From assembly GCA_003220225.1 (NCBI GenBank), contig QHRU01000038.1, positions 30,971-94,970 of the forward strand: a stretch of 64,000 nt of DNA. The letters are read 5' to 3'. Position 1 is the stretch's first letter. The number at the start of each line of letters is the position of its first letter. Positions 43,413-58,025 of the stretch are shown one piece after another. The position numbers and the translations under genes were made by a program. Source of the DNA: Candidatus Rokuibacteriota bacterium (GTDB lineage Bacteria > Methylomirabilota > Methylomirabilia > Rokubacteriales > CSP1-6). Under the pieces are notes generated by a model. That model ran no database searches and had not been told where the DNA came from. It saw nothing but the letters and a program-made list of their open reading frames with translations.

Positions 43413-44731
43413 ACTTCCGCGTGCGTCCCGTCCGGCGGCTGGCGGGCGAGTGCGAGGTGCCGGGCGACAAGTCCATCTCGCACCGCGCGGCGTTGCTCGG
43501 CGCCCTGGCCGACGGGCTCACCGAGGTGCAGGGCTACCTCGAGGCGGAGGACTGCCTGCGCACGCTCACCGCCATCCAGATGATGGGCGTGGAGGTCACG
43601 AGGAAGGGCCCCGGCCACTACCGGATCGCGGGGGCGGGTCTCGGTGGCCTGGTCGAGCCGGCGGACGTCGTGGACTGCGGCAACTCCGGCACGACGGTGC
43701 GGCTGCTGATCGGCGTGCTCGCGGGCCAGCCGTTCTGGACGCTGCTCACCGGCGACGAGTCGCTCCGCCGGCGGCCGATGAAGCGCGTCGCCGAGCCGCT
43801 CACGCTGATGGGCGCGACGATCGTGGGCCGCTCCGACGGTGGGCGCCTTCCGCTGGCCGTCCGCGGCGCCGCGCTGCCGCGTGCGATCGCGTACGACACC
43901 CCCGTCGCCTCGGCGCAGGTGAAGTCGGCCATCCTGCTCGCCGGGCTGCGCGCGGACGGCCCGGTGACGGTGCGCGAGCCCGCGCCCTCGCGCGACCACA
44001 GCGAGGTGATGCTGCGCGCGTTCGGCGCGCGGCTGGAGCGGCCCGATACGCGGACGGTCACGCTGCATCCCGGCCCGCTGAGCGGCGCCGCCGTGCAGGT
44101 ACCGGGCGACATCTCGTCGGCGGCGTTTCTGCTGGTGGCCGGCCTGATCGTCCCAGACGCCCGCGTGACCGTGCGCCGCGTGGGCGTGAACCCCACACGG
44201 ACCGGCCTGCTCGACGTGCTGGCCGCGATGCGGGCGCCGGTCACCACGGCCCTGCAGGGCGGCCCGGGTGAGCCGACCGGCGAGCCCATGGCCGCGCTCA
44301 CGGTGACGCCCGCGCCGTTGCTCGCGACCACCGTCGCCGGGCCGCTGATCCCGCGGCTCATCGACGAGGTGCCCGCGCTCGCCGTGCTCGCCGCCACCGC
44401 GCGCGGCACGACCGAGATCCGTGACGCGGCCGAGCTGCGCGTGAAGGAGTCGGACCGCATCGCCGCCCTCGCGCGCGAGCTGGCGAAGATGGGTGTGGGC
44501 GTCGAGGAGCGCGCGGATGGTATGGCGATCCCCGGAGGGCAGCGCTTCCGCGGAGCCCGCGTGACCTCGGGCGGCGACCATCGCATGGCGATGGCCCTGG
44601 CCGTGGCCGGGCTCACCGCCGAGGGCGAGACCGTCGTCGAGGACACGGCCTGCGTGCAGACGTCGTTCCCGACGTTCGTGGACACGCTGAATGCGCTCGC
44701 CGGGGGCCCGGCGATCACGGTGGAGCGCTGA
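43409..44731 (+). CDS. aroA: EPSP synthase (class II)
   Basis: PGDKSISHR, GNSGTT, SAQVKSA, RDHSE, ELRVKESDR, DHR. Confidence 0.97.
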   Translation: MNFRVRPVRRLAGECEVPGDKSISHRAALLGALADGLTEVQGYLEAEDCLRTLTAIQMMGVEVTRKGPGHYRIAGAGLGGLVEPADVVDCGNSGTTVRLLIGVLAGQPFWTLLTGDESLRRRPMKRVAEPLTLMGATIVGRSDGGRLPLAVRGAALPRAIAYDTPVASAQVKSAILLAGLRADGPVTVREPAPSRDHSEVMLRAFGARLERPDTRTVTLHPGPLSGAAVQVPGDISSAAFLLVAGLIVPDARVTVRRVGVNPTRTGLLDVLAAMRAPVTTALQGGPGEPTGEPMAALTVTPAPLLATTVAGPLIPRLIDEVPALAVLAATARGTTEIRDAAELRVKESDRIAALARELAKMGVGVEERADGMAIPGGQRFRGARVTSGGDHRMAMALAVAGLTAEGETVVEDTACVQTSFPTFVDTLNALAGGPAITVER

Positions 44732-46014
44732 TGGTTCCGCGCGGCCTCGTGGTGACCATCGACGGCCCCGCCGGGGCAGGCAAGACGACGGTGGCGCGGC
44801 GGCTCGCCGAGCGGCTCGGCTACGAGCTGATCCCGACGGGCGCCATGTACCGCGCGCTCGCGCTCAGCGTGCTGCGCGCCGGGATCTCGCTCGACGACAC
44901 GGCCGCGCTGGCGCGGCACCTGGCGCCGCTCGACGTCACCATCGAGCACGGCCACGTGAAGCTGAACGGCGAGGACGTGACGCGCGAGATCCGCAGCCAG
45001 GCGGTGGCCGACGCGACCTCGACCCTCTCGATGCGCCGCGAGGTCCGCGACAAGGTGACGCCGCTGCAGCGGCGCGCCGCCGAGCCCGGCGGTGTCGTGC
45101 TCGAGGGCCGGGACACGGGCACCATCGTGTGCCCGGACGCCGACGTGAAGTTCTTCCTGACCGCGACGCTCGAGAGCCGCGCGCGCCGGCGACACGCCGA
45201 GCTGGCCGAGCAGGGGGTGAGCGCCGACCTCGACACGATCCGCGACGAGGTCAAGGTGCGCGACCGCCAGGACACCACGCGGGTGCTGGCGCCCCTGGTC
45301 AAGGCCGCCGACGCCATCGAGATCGACACGAGCGATCTCTCGATCGACGAGGTCGTGGACCGCATGGCCGCCACCGTGGCGGCCCGGCGCGCGGCGGCGC
45401 CCCGCAGCGCGTTCTACAGCGTGTGCAGGGGCCTGGCGCTGGCGATCATGCGCGTGCTCTGGCGGGTCGAGGGGCGCGGCATGCAGCACGTGCCCCCGAG
45501 CGGTCCGGTGCTCCTGATCGCCAACCACTCGAGCGTGCTCGACCCGCCGTTCGTCGGCGGCGTGGCGCCGCGCCAGCTCACGTTCCTGGCGAAGGCCGAG
45601 CTGTTCGCGGTGCCCGGCTTCGGCCGGTTGATCCACGCGCTCAACGCGCGCCCGGTGCGGCGCGAGGGCGCCGACGCCACCGCGCTGCGCGTGGCCCTGC
45701 GCGCGCTCGAGCGCAACGGCGCCCTCCTCGTGTTCCCCGAAGGCACGCGGGGCGAGGAGGGGACGCTGCGGGCGCCGAAGCCCGGGGCGGCGCTGCTCGC
45801 CGTGCTCAGCGGGGCGCCCGTGGTGCCCGTCTACGTCCGCGGCAGCGGACGCGCCTGGCCGCGCGGGCGGCGGCTTCCGCGGCCTGCTAAGGTGGTGGTG
45901 ACATTCGGGCCACCCCTGCGCTTCGAACGGCCAGCGGGCGCCGGTAAAAAGGAGTATTACGACTCCGTGAGCCGCGACATGATGGCGGCCATCGCTCGGC
46001 TGCAAAATCACTGA
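44731..46014 (+). CDS. cmk: Cytidylate kinase fused to 1-acyl-sn-glycerol-3-phosphate acyltransferase (Cmk-PlsC)
   Basis: IDGPAGAGKTT, TGAMYR, EGRD in N-half; NHSSVLD, FLAK, FPEGTR in C-half; no stop between. Confidence 0.92.
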   Translation: MVPRGLVVTIDGPAGAGKTTVARRLAERLGYELIPTGAMYRALALSVLRAGISLDDTAALARHLAPLDVTIEHGHVKLNGEDVTREIRSQAVADATSTLSMRREVRDKVTPLQRRAAEPGGVVLEGRDTGTIVCPDADVKFFLTATLESRARRRHAELAEQGVSADLDTIRDEVKVRDRQDTTRVLAPLVKAADAIEIDTSDLSIDEVVDRMAATVAARRAAAPRSAFYSVCRGLALAIMRVLWRVEGRGMQHVPPSGPVLLIANHSSVLDPPFVGGVAPRQLTFLAKAELFAVPGFGRLIHALNARPVRREGADATALRVALRALERNGALLVFPEGTRGEEGTLRAPKPGAALLAVLSGAPVVPVYVRGSGRAWPRGRRLPRPAKVVVTFGPPLRFERPAGAGKKEYYDSVSRDMMAAIARLQNH

Positions 46015-46031
46015 GGGGAGGACCTGGCGGC

Positions 46032-47750
46032 ATGGCCAAGGATGATCGGAGGAACCTCGGCGGTTCGCGCATGGAGGGCGCAGAACCGGAGGAACGCATG
46101 GAGGACTGGTTCAAGGAAGGCTCGACGACGAGCGAGTTCGAGGAAGGCGAGGTCGTGCGCGGTCGCGTGGTGCACGTGGGGACGAGCGAGGTGCTCGTCG
46201 ACGTCGGCTACAAGAGCGAGGGCGCGATCCCGATCGAGGAGTTCCACCGCCACGGCACGCTGCCGAAGGTCGGCGAGGAGATCGAGGTCTACCTCGAGGC
46301 CAAGGAGGACTCCGAAGGCCTGATCGTCCTGTCCAAGGACAAAGCGGACAAGATCAAGGTCTGGGACGCGATCACCCAGGCGTATGAGAAGGCCCAGCCG
46401 GTCGAGGGCCGCGTGGTGGAGGTCGTCAAGGGCGGCCTCGCCGTCGACGTCGGCGTGAAGGCGTTCCTGCCCGGCTCGCAGGTGGACCTGCGCCCGGTGA
46501 AGAACCTCGCCTCGATGGTCGGCCAGCTGATCCGCGCCAAGGTCATCAAGCTCAACCGCCGTCGCGGCAACGTCGTGCTCTCCCGCCGCTCCGTCCTGGA
46601 GGAGGAGCGGGAGGAGAAGAAGAAGCACACGCTCGAGGTGCTGAACGAGGGCATGGTGCTCACGGGCACCGTGAAGAACATCACGGACTATGGCGCCTTC
46701 ATCGACCTCGGCGGTATCGACGGCCTGCTGCACGTGACGGACATGAGCTGGGGCCGCGTGGGCCACCCGTCGGAGATCTTCCAGGTCGGCGACCAGGTCG
46801 AGGTGGTCGTGCTGCACTTCGACCGTGAGAGCGGCCGCGTGTCGCTCGGCTACAAGCAGAAGTCCAACGACCCGTGGGAGACGGTGGAGACGCGCTTCGC
46901 GCCCGGGACCAAGACGCATGGGCGGGTGGTGAGCCTCACCAACTACGGCGCCTTCGTCGAGCTGGAGCCCGGCGTCGAGGGCCTCGTGCACGTCTCCGAG
47001 ATGTCGTGGACGCGCCGGGTGCGCCACCCGTCGAAGCTGGTCAACGTCGGCGACGAGGTCGAGGTGATCGTGCTCGACGTCAACCGGGCGGCCAAGCGGA
47101 TCTCGCTCGGCATGAAGCAGGTCGAGCCGGATCCGTGGACGACCATCGAGGAGCGCTACAAGCCGGGGACGCGGGTCTCGGGCAAGGTGCGCAACCTCAC
47201 GGATTTTGGCGCGTTCATCGAGCTCGAGCCCGGGGTCGACGGCCTCCTGCACATTTCGGACATGTCCTGGACCCGGAATGTCGGGCATCCTTCTGAAGTT
47301 CTCAAGAAAGGCCAGGACATCGAGACGCAGATCCTGAACATCGACCGCGACAACAAGCGGATCTCGCTGGGCCTCAAGCAGATCCAGCCCGATCCCTGGT
47401 CCACGGTCGCCCAGCGCTATCCGATGGGCTCGCGCGTGACGGGCAAGGTAGTGCGGCTCACCGACTTCGGCGCGTTCGTGGAGCTGGAGCCGGGCGTGGA
47501 CGGGCTCCTGCACATCTCGCAGATGGCCCATCGCCCGATCGCCACCCCGGGCGAGGTCGTCAACGTCGGCGACGAGCTGACGCTGCTGGTGATCCGCGTC
47601 GATCCTCACGAGCGGCGCATCGGGCTGTCGCTGAAGGAGCTCGCGCACGCGGTGGCGCCTCCGCCCGAGGCGATGGACGATCGCGGCGGCGGCGGCCGCA
47701 AGGGCAAGCGCGGCAAGAGCCGGGATTACGACTACGACGACGAGGAATAG
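46032..47750 (+). CDS. rpsA: 30S ribosomal protein S1
   Basis: DVGYKSEG, repeated YGAF/FGAF..GL.HxS S1 domains; cmk-rpsA synteny. Confidence 0.97.
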   Translation: MAKDDRRNLGGSRMEGAEPEERMEDWFKEGSTTSEFEEGEVVRGRVVHVGTSEVLVDVGYKSEGAIPIEEFHRHGTLPKVGEEIEVYLEAKEDSEGLIVLSKDKADKIKVWDAITQAYEKAQPVEGRVVEVVKGGLAVDVGVKAFLPGSQVDLRPVKNLASMVGQLIRAKVIKLNRRRGNVVLSRRSVLEEEREEKKKHTLEVLNEGMVLTGTVKNITDYGAFIDLGGIDGLLHVTDMSWGRVGHPSEIFQVGDQVEVVVLHFDRESGRVSLGYKQKSNDPWETVETRFAPGTKTHGRVVSLTNYGAFVELEPGVEGLVHVSEMSWTRRVRHPSKLVNVGDEVEVIVLDVNRAAKRISLGMKQVEPDPWTTIEERYKPGTRVSGKVRNLTDFGAFIELEPGVDGLLHISDMSWTRNVGHPSEVLKKGQDIETQILNIDRDNKRISLGLKQIQPDPWSTVAQRYPMGSRVTGKVVRLTDFGAFVELEPGVDGLLHISQMAHRPIATPGEVVNVGDELTLLVIRVDPHERRIGLSLKELAHAVAPPPEAMDDRGGGGRKGKRGKSRDYDYDDEE

Positions 47751-48650
47751 GTGAGCCGTCGGCTGACGGTCCTCACGGCCACCCTGCTGGTGTTCGTCGG
47801 AGTGGTGGGGCTCTTCTTGCTCGCTGCCGGGTCGTGGGGCCGTGGCGGCGGCGGCGAGGGCGGCGGCTCGCTGTTCGGTCCGAAGGTCGCCATCGTCGAG
47901 CTCGAGGGACTCATCGCCGAGACCGACGACCTCGTCCGCGAGCTGCGCCAGCATCGCGAGAACCCCAGCATCAAGGCCGTCGTCATCCGGATCAACAGCC
48001 CGGGCGGCGTGGTGGGCCCGACCCAGGAGGTCTACGACGCGATCCGCCGCGTGCGCGAGGCGGGCAAGCCCGTGGTGGCCTCGCTCGGCGCCGTCGCGGC
48101 GTCCGGCGGCTACTACATCGCCGTCGCCGCCGACCAGATCTACGCGAATCCCGGCTCGCTCACGGGGTCCATCGGCGTGATCATGCAGCTCGCGAACCTC
48201 GACTCGCTGATGAAGAAGGTCGGCGTCGAGTACGTCGTCGTGAAGGCGGGCGCCTTCAAGGACATCGGCAACCTCTCGCGCCCGATGACGTCCGAGGAGC
48301 GGCGCGTGCTGCAGACGCTGCTCGACGACGTGCACGGCCAGTTCATCGACGCGGTGGCCAAGGGCCGCAAGCTGCCGCGCGAGCAGGTCGTGCAGTTCGC
48401 CGACGGGCGCGTATTCTCGGGTACGCAGGCCCTGCAGCTCAAGATGGTGGACGCGCTCGGGAGCCTGGAAGACGCGGTCAACGCCGCCGCCAAGCTCGCG
48501 AACTTGCCGACGCCGCCGTCGGTGGAGCGGCCCCGCCGAAGGTTCTCGATCATCGAATTACTGAGGAACGAATTGGGTCTCCCGGCCCCTGGGAGCCTCC
48601 TGCGACCGAGCCTGCCGGTGTTCAAGACGCCTCTATACCTGATGGACTGA
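47751..48650 (+). CDS. sppA: Signal peptide peptidase SppA (S49, 36K type)
   Basis: RINSPGG, AASGGYY, TGSIGV, ADGRVF. Confidence 0.94.
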   Translation: MSRRLTVLTATLLVFVGVVGLFLLAAGSWGRGGGGEGGGSLFGPKVAIVELEGLIAETDDLVRELRQHRENPSIKAVVIRINSPGGVVGPTQEVYDAIRRVREAGKPVVASLGAVAASGGYYIAVAADQIYANPGSLTGSIGVIMQLANLDSLMKKVGVEYVVVKAGAFKDIGNLSRPMTSEERRVLQTLLDDVHGQFIDAVAKGRKLPREQVVQFADGRVFSGTQALQLKMVDALGSLEDAVNAAAKLANLPTPPSVERPRRRFSIIELLRNELGLPAPGSLLRPSLPVFKTPLYLMD

Positions 48651-48670
48651 CGGCTAACTCCCTAATGACG

Positions 48671-48700
48671 TTGACATTCTTCAAACGGCCGTGGTAGGTT
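48671..48700 (+). promoter_or_regulatory. Putative promoter upstream of ihfB (TTGACA-18-TAGGTT, with TG extension)
   Basis: Perfect -35; extended -10-like TGgTAGGTT. Confidence 0.6.
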
Positions 48701-48722
48701 CCCAGCGAGGGGAGCCACCACG

Positions 48723-48998
48723 ATGACGAAAGCCGACCTCATCGACGAAGTCTCGAAGCTCTCGAATCTCACGAAGAAAGAGACCGAGACGATCGTCAAC
48801 ACGATCTTCGACAACATCACCGACGCGCTGGCGAAGGGCGACAAGGTGGAGTTGCGGGGGTTCGGCAGCTTCAGGATCCGCCACCGGAACTCGCGCAAGG
48901 GCCGAAATCCGAAGACCGGCAGCGCCGTGGACGTTCCCCAGAAGCGCGTTCCCTTCTTCAAGGTCGGCAAGCGCCTGCGAGAGCTCGTCAACGCGTGA
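48723..48998 (+). CDS. ihfB: Integration host factor beta / HU family
   Basis: MTKADLI, VELRGFGSF, GRNPKTG, PFFKVGK; rpsA-sppA-ihfB synteny. Confidence 0.9.
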   Translation: MTKADLIDEVSKLSNLTKKETETIVNTIFDNITDALAKGDKVELRGFGSFRIRHRNSRKGRNPKTGSAVDVPQKRVPFFKVGKRLRELVNA

Positions 48999-49014
48999 GG
49001 GCCCGCCTGGCGTT

Positions 49015-49494
49015 TTGAAGCGCCTGTGGGCTCCCTGGCGGATGGCCTGGATTCGGGGCGCGCACCCCGCCGCCGGCTGCGTCTTCTGCAACGCTCGTGA
49101 CGGCGCCGACGACCGCGCCTCGCTCGTGCTGCTCCGCGGCCCCCACGCCTTCCTGGTCCTCAACGCCTATCCCTACACGCCCGGGCACCTCATGGCGGTG
49201 ACGAATCGCCACGTGGGCGCCCTCGGCGAGGCGCGGCCCGAGGAGCTGACCGACGCGCTGACGCTCGTGCAGCGCGCGGTGTCGGCGCTGAGCCTCGAGT
49301 ACCGCGCCGAGGGCTTCAACGTCGGCCTGAACCAGGGCCGCGTGGCGGGGGCGGGGATCGAGGACCATCTGCACGTGCACGTCGTGCCGCGCTGGGGCGG
49401 CGATCACAACTTCGTGACGGTCGTGGGCGACACGCGCGTCCTGCCCGAAGACCTGGCGACCACGTGGGAGCGCCTGCGGAGCCGCGTGGCGTGA
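49015..49494 (+). CDS. HIT family hydrolase (Ap4A phosphorylase-like)
   Basis: LWAPWR, CVFC, NAYPY..GHLM, AGAG..HLHVHVVPRW. Confidence 0.92.
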   Translation: MKRLWAPWRMAWIRGAHPAAGCVFCNARDGADDRASLVLLRGPHAFLVLNAYPYTPGHLMAVTNRHVGALGEARPEELTDALTLVQRAVSALSLEYRAEGFNVGLNQGRVAGAGIEDHLHVHVVPRWGGDHNFVTVVGDTRVLPEDLATTWERLRSRVA

Positions 49495-49511
49495 GCGCAG
49501 GAGGCTCCGCC

Positions 49512-53747
<4,236 letters not shown>

Positions 53748-53752
<5 letters not shown>

Positions 53753-53871
53753 TGCGAGCCGAGGCCGTCCGACGGCCGAGGCGAGCCTGTGATGGAGCTG
53801 GGCGTGCGAGCCGAGGCCGTTCGACGGCCGAGGCGAGCCTGTGATGGAGCTGGTAGTGCGAGCCGAGGCCG
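53748..53871 (+). repeat. Tandem 52-bp repeat, about 2.4 copies (family B-related)
   Basis: GTGCGAGCCGAGG at 53752, 53804, 53856; internal hairpin GGCCGT-nnn-ACGGCC; units end GAGGCGAGCCTGTGA. Confidence 0.92.
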
Positions 53872-53876
53872 AAGGG

Positions 53877-53882
53877 TAGACT
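53877..53882 (+). promoter_or_regulatory. Putative -10 (TAGACT) 7 nt before miaA ATG; leaderless candidate
   Basis: TANNNT-N7-ATG. Confidence 0.45.
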
Positions 53883-53889
53883 GCCACTG

Positions 53890-54834
53890 ATGTCCGACAA
53901 GCCTCCGCTCCTCGTCATCGCGGGTCCCACCGGTGTCGGCAAGACGGCCGCCGCGGTCGCGCTCGCGGCGCGGCTGCCGATCGAGGTCGTGTCGGCGGAC
54001 TCGCGCCAGGTCTACCGCGGCATGGATGTCGCGACCGGCAAGCCGACCGCCGATGAGCTGCGCGCCGTGCGCCATCACCTGGTGGACGTCGTGGATCCAG
54101 ACGATCGCTACGACGCCGCGCGCTTCGCCCGCGACGCGCGGGCCGCGATCGACGCGATCCGCCAGCGCGGCCGGCTGCCGGCCGTCGTGGGCGGCACCGG
54201 GCTCTACATCCGCGCGCTCCTGCGCGGGCTCGATCCCGCGACGCCGGCGGACCCGGCCTTCCGCGCCGAGCTCGCAGAGGTCGCGGCTCGCGAGGGACGG
54301 GCGGCGCTGCATGGGCGGCTCGCCGCCCAGGAGCCCGCGCTGGCCCGGCGGCTGCACCCGAACGACCACGTGAGGATCATTCGCGCGCTCGAGCTGGTGC
54401 GGGCGGGCAGCCCCGCGGGCGAGGCTCAGACGCGCTGGCGTGAGGGCGACGCCGAGTGGGACGTCGTCTACGTCGGGCTCACGCTGGATCGCGCGAGGCT
54501 CGACGACCGTCTGCGTCGGCGCGCGCAGCGCATGGTCGCCGCCGGCCTCGAGGACGAGGTCCGTGGTCTCCTCGCGCGCGGCTACGTGCCGACGCTGCCG
54601 GCGATGCAGGGTCTCGGCTACCGCGAGTTCGTCCGCGTGGTCCAGGAGCGACTCGACGTGGAGGAGGCGCGGCGGCTCATGCAGCGCGACACGCTGCGCT
54701 ACGCGCGGCGGCAGTGGACCTGGTTTGCCCGCGAGCCGGAGTTGCAGTGGATCGACGTCGAGGCCGCGGAGGCGGCCGGCGGCGTGGCGGCGGCGATCGA
54801 GGCGAGACTCAAGCAGGAGGGCCGGATCGGGTGA
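53890..54834 (+). CDS. miaA: tRNA dimethylallyltransferase
   Basis: GPTGVGKT, DSRQVYRGMD, GGTGLY, RALE, LGYRE, YARRQ.TWF. Confidence 0.97.
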   Translation: MSDKPPLLVIAGPTGVGKTAAAVALAARLPIEVVSADSRQVYRGMDVATGKPTADELRAVRHHLVDVVDPDDRYDAARFARDARAAIDAIRQRGRLPAVVGGTGLYIRALLRGLDPATPADPAFRAELAEVAAREGRAALHGRLAAQEPALARRLHPNDHVRIIRALELVRAGSPAGEAQTRWREGDAEWDVVYVGLTLDRARLDDRLRRRAQRMVAAGLEDEVRGLLARGYVPTLPAMQGLGYREFVRVVQERLDVEEARRLMQRDTLRYARRQWTWFAREPELQWIDVEAAEAAGGVAAAIEARLKQEGRIG

Positions 54835-56150
54835 GACAACGGGTGAGAGACGGCGCGCACGGCGGCAACGGCCGCGGCCACGAGGTGGGGCGCGTGCGCG
54901 AGCATGCGATGCTGGCGGCGCTGCGGCGCCCCAAGCAGCGGCGCGTCGACGTCGAGGAGTCGCTGGAGGAGCTGGCGGGGCTCGCCACGGCGGCCGGCGC
55001 GAGCGTCGGCGAGCGGGTGATCCAGGAGCGGCCGGCGGCGACGCCCTCGCTCTACTTCGGCAGCGGCAAGGTCGAGGAAATGGCCGAGGCCGCGCGCACA
55101 GGCGGCGTCAATCTGTTCATCTCCGACGATCCGCTCTCGCCGATCCAGGAGCGCAACCTCAGCGAGTCGCTCGGCATCAAGGTGATCGACCGCACCGCGC
55201 TCATCCTCGACATCTTCGCCCAGCGCGCGCGCAGCGCCGAGGGCAAGCTCCAGGTCGAGCTGGCGCAGCTCACGTACCTGCTGCCGCGGCTCGTCGGCCA
55301 GTGGAAGCACCTCGAGCGCCTGGGCGGCGGCATCGGCACGCGCGGTCCCGGTGAGACGCAGCTCGAGTCCGACCGCCGCGTGATCCGCCAGCGCGTGCAG
55401 AAGCTCAAGCGCGAGCTCGAAGGCGTGCAGGCGCACCGCCGGCTGCAGCGCGCCAGTCGGCGGCGCGCGGGCGTGCCCATCGTCGCGCTCGTCGGCTACA
55501 CCAACGCCGGCAAGACGACGCTGCTGAACCGCCTCACCGGCTCGCACCTCACCGCGGCCGACCAGCTGTTCGTCACGCTCGACCCGGCCGCGCGCCTCGT
55601 CGAGCGGCCGGGCCGCCGCCCGTTCATCCTGACCGACACCGTCGGCTTCATCCGCAAGCTGCCGCACGAGCTGGTGGCGGCGTTCCGCGCGACGCTGGAG
55701 GAGCTGACGGAGGCCGACGTGCTCGTGCACGTGGTGGACGCCAGCCAGGGAGCGCTCGAGGAGCACATGGCGGCGGTGGACTCGCTGCTGCGCGAGCTGG
55801 AGGTGGCGGCGGACCGGCCGACCGTCCTCGCGCTGAACAAGGTCGACCGGCTCGACGAGGCGCACGCCGCCGCGGTCCTCGCCGGTCGCCGCTCCGCCGT
55901 CGCGCTGTCGGCGGCGACGGGTGAGGGCGTGGAAACGCTGCTCGATGCGATCGAGAAGGCGCTGCCCGTGTCTGGCGCGGTGACGCTGCGCATCCCGCAC
56001 GGCGACGGCGCCGCGCTGGCGCTCTGCTACGAGCGTGGGCGCGTGCTGACGCGCGCCGACACGCCGGGCCACGTCACCCTGGAGGTCGAGCTGGCCGGCC
56101 CGGCGCTCGCGGCCCTCGGGGCCTACCGGGTCGAGCGCGTGCTAGACTGA
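54831..56150 (+). CDS. hflX: Ribosome-splitting GTPase HflX
   Basis: LILDIFAQRA, EGKLQVELAQL, GPGETQLE, GYTNAGKT, DTVGF, NKVD; start uncertain. Confidence 0.95.
   Translation: MRQRVRDGAHGGNGRGHEVGRVREHAMLAALRRPKQRRVDVEESLEELAGLATAAGASVGERVIQERPAATPSLYFGSGKVEEMAEAARTGGVNLFISDDPLSPIQERNLSESLGIKVIDRTALILDIFAQRARSAEGKLQVELAQLTYLLPRLVGQWKHLERLGGGIGTRGPGETQLESDRRVIRQRVQKLKRELEGVQAHRRLQRASRRRAGVPIVALVGYTNAGKTTLLNRLTGSHLTAADQLFVTLDPAARLVERPGRRPFILTDTVGFIRKLPHELVAAFRATLEELTEADVLVHVVDASQGALEEHMAAVDSLLRELEVAADRPTVLALNKVDRLDEAHAAAVLAGRRSAVALSAATGEGVETLLDAIEKALPVSGAVTLRIPHGDGAALALCYERGRVLTRADTPGHVTLEVELAGPALAALGAYRVERVLD
56140..56148 (+). promoter_or_regulatory. Putative extended -10 (TGcTAGACT) upstream of pgsA
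   Basis: TGnTANNNT 10 nt before ATG. Confidence 0.4.
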
Positions 56151-56158
56151 AGCCTTCG

Positions 56159-56705
<547 letters not shown>

Positions 56706-56728
<23 letters not shown>

Positions 56729-58025
56729 GGGCGTCGTCGTCGCCGCGGTGCACGCCCGAACGGCGGCCGCGGCGGCCGGGCTGCGGCCCGGCGACCGCGT
56801 CCTCGCCATCAACGGCCACGCGCTGCGCGACGCCATCGACTTCCGGTTCCACGGGGGCGACGAGCGGCTCGCGCTGAGCGTCGAGCGCGACGGCGCCCGG
56901 CACGCGCTGCGGCTCGCGCGCCGGCCCGGCGCCGACCTCGGCGTCGAGCTCGAGGCGCCACGGGCGGACGAGATCGCCACCTGCGCCAACAAGTGCGTGT
57001 TCTGCTTCATCCACCAGCTGCCGAAGGGCATGCGCAAGAGCCTCTACGTCAAGGACGACGACTTCCGGCTCTCGTTCCTGCACGGCAACTACATCACGCT
57101 GACGGATCTCGAGGAGGCGGAGCTCACGCGCATCGTCGAGCAGCGCCTGTCGCCGCTCTACGTGTCCGTGCACGCGACCGACCCCGCGCTGCGCTGGGAG
57201 CTGCTCGGCCGCCCGCGCGCCTCGGCGGAGATCCTGCCGCGGCTCGAGCGGCTCGCCAGGGCGGGCATCCGCATGCACGCGCAGGTCGTGCTCTGCCCTG
57301 GGCTCAACGACGGCGCGCACCTCGAGCGGACCGTCCGCGAGCTCGCGCCGCTGCACCCGCACGTGGCGACGACGGCGGTCGTGCCCGTCGGCCTCACGCG
57401 CCACCGGGAGCGTCTGCCGGCGCTGCGCACCCTCACCGATCAGGAAGCGTGCGCGCTGGTGGGGACGGTCGCGGCGTGGCAGTCGGAATTTCAGGCGCGC
57501 CTGGGCAGCCGCTTCGTGTTCCTCGGCGACGAGGTCTATCTCCAGGCGGCGCTGCCGTTGCCCGAGGCGGACGCCTACGAAGGGTTCGCGGTGGCGGAGG
57601 ACGGCATCGGCCTCGTGCGGCGCTTCGAGGACGGCGTCGAGCGCGCGCGGCGCCGACGCCGCGCCGCGGGCCGGCCGCTCGACGTCACGCTGGTGAGCGG
57701 CTCGCTCTACGCCCCGCGGCTCGCGCGCCTCGTCGCGTCGATTCCCGGCGCGACCGCGCGCGTGGCGGCCGTGGCGAACCGCTTCTTCGGCGGCACCGTG
57801 TCGGTCGCGGGCCTCCTCACCGGGGAGGACATCGCGCGGCATCTGGCCACGCTGCCGACCCTCGGCGAGGCCGTCGTCGTCCCGGCCGTCGCGCTGCGCG
57901 ACCGCGACGGCGTCTTCCTGGACGACATGAGCCCGGCGGACCTGGCCGCGGCCGTCGGCGTCCCGGTTCGCGTCGTCGAGCCCGAGCCGAGGGCGCTGCT
58001 CTCAGCGGTATGCTCCGCCCCGTAA
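56706..58025 (+). CDS. PDZ + radical-SAM-like CxxxCxxC + DUF512 protein
   Basis: AGLRPGDRVLAING PDZ, CANKCVFC, KDDDFRLSFLHGNYITL, NRFFGGTVSVAGLLTG. Confidence 0.88.
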
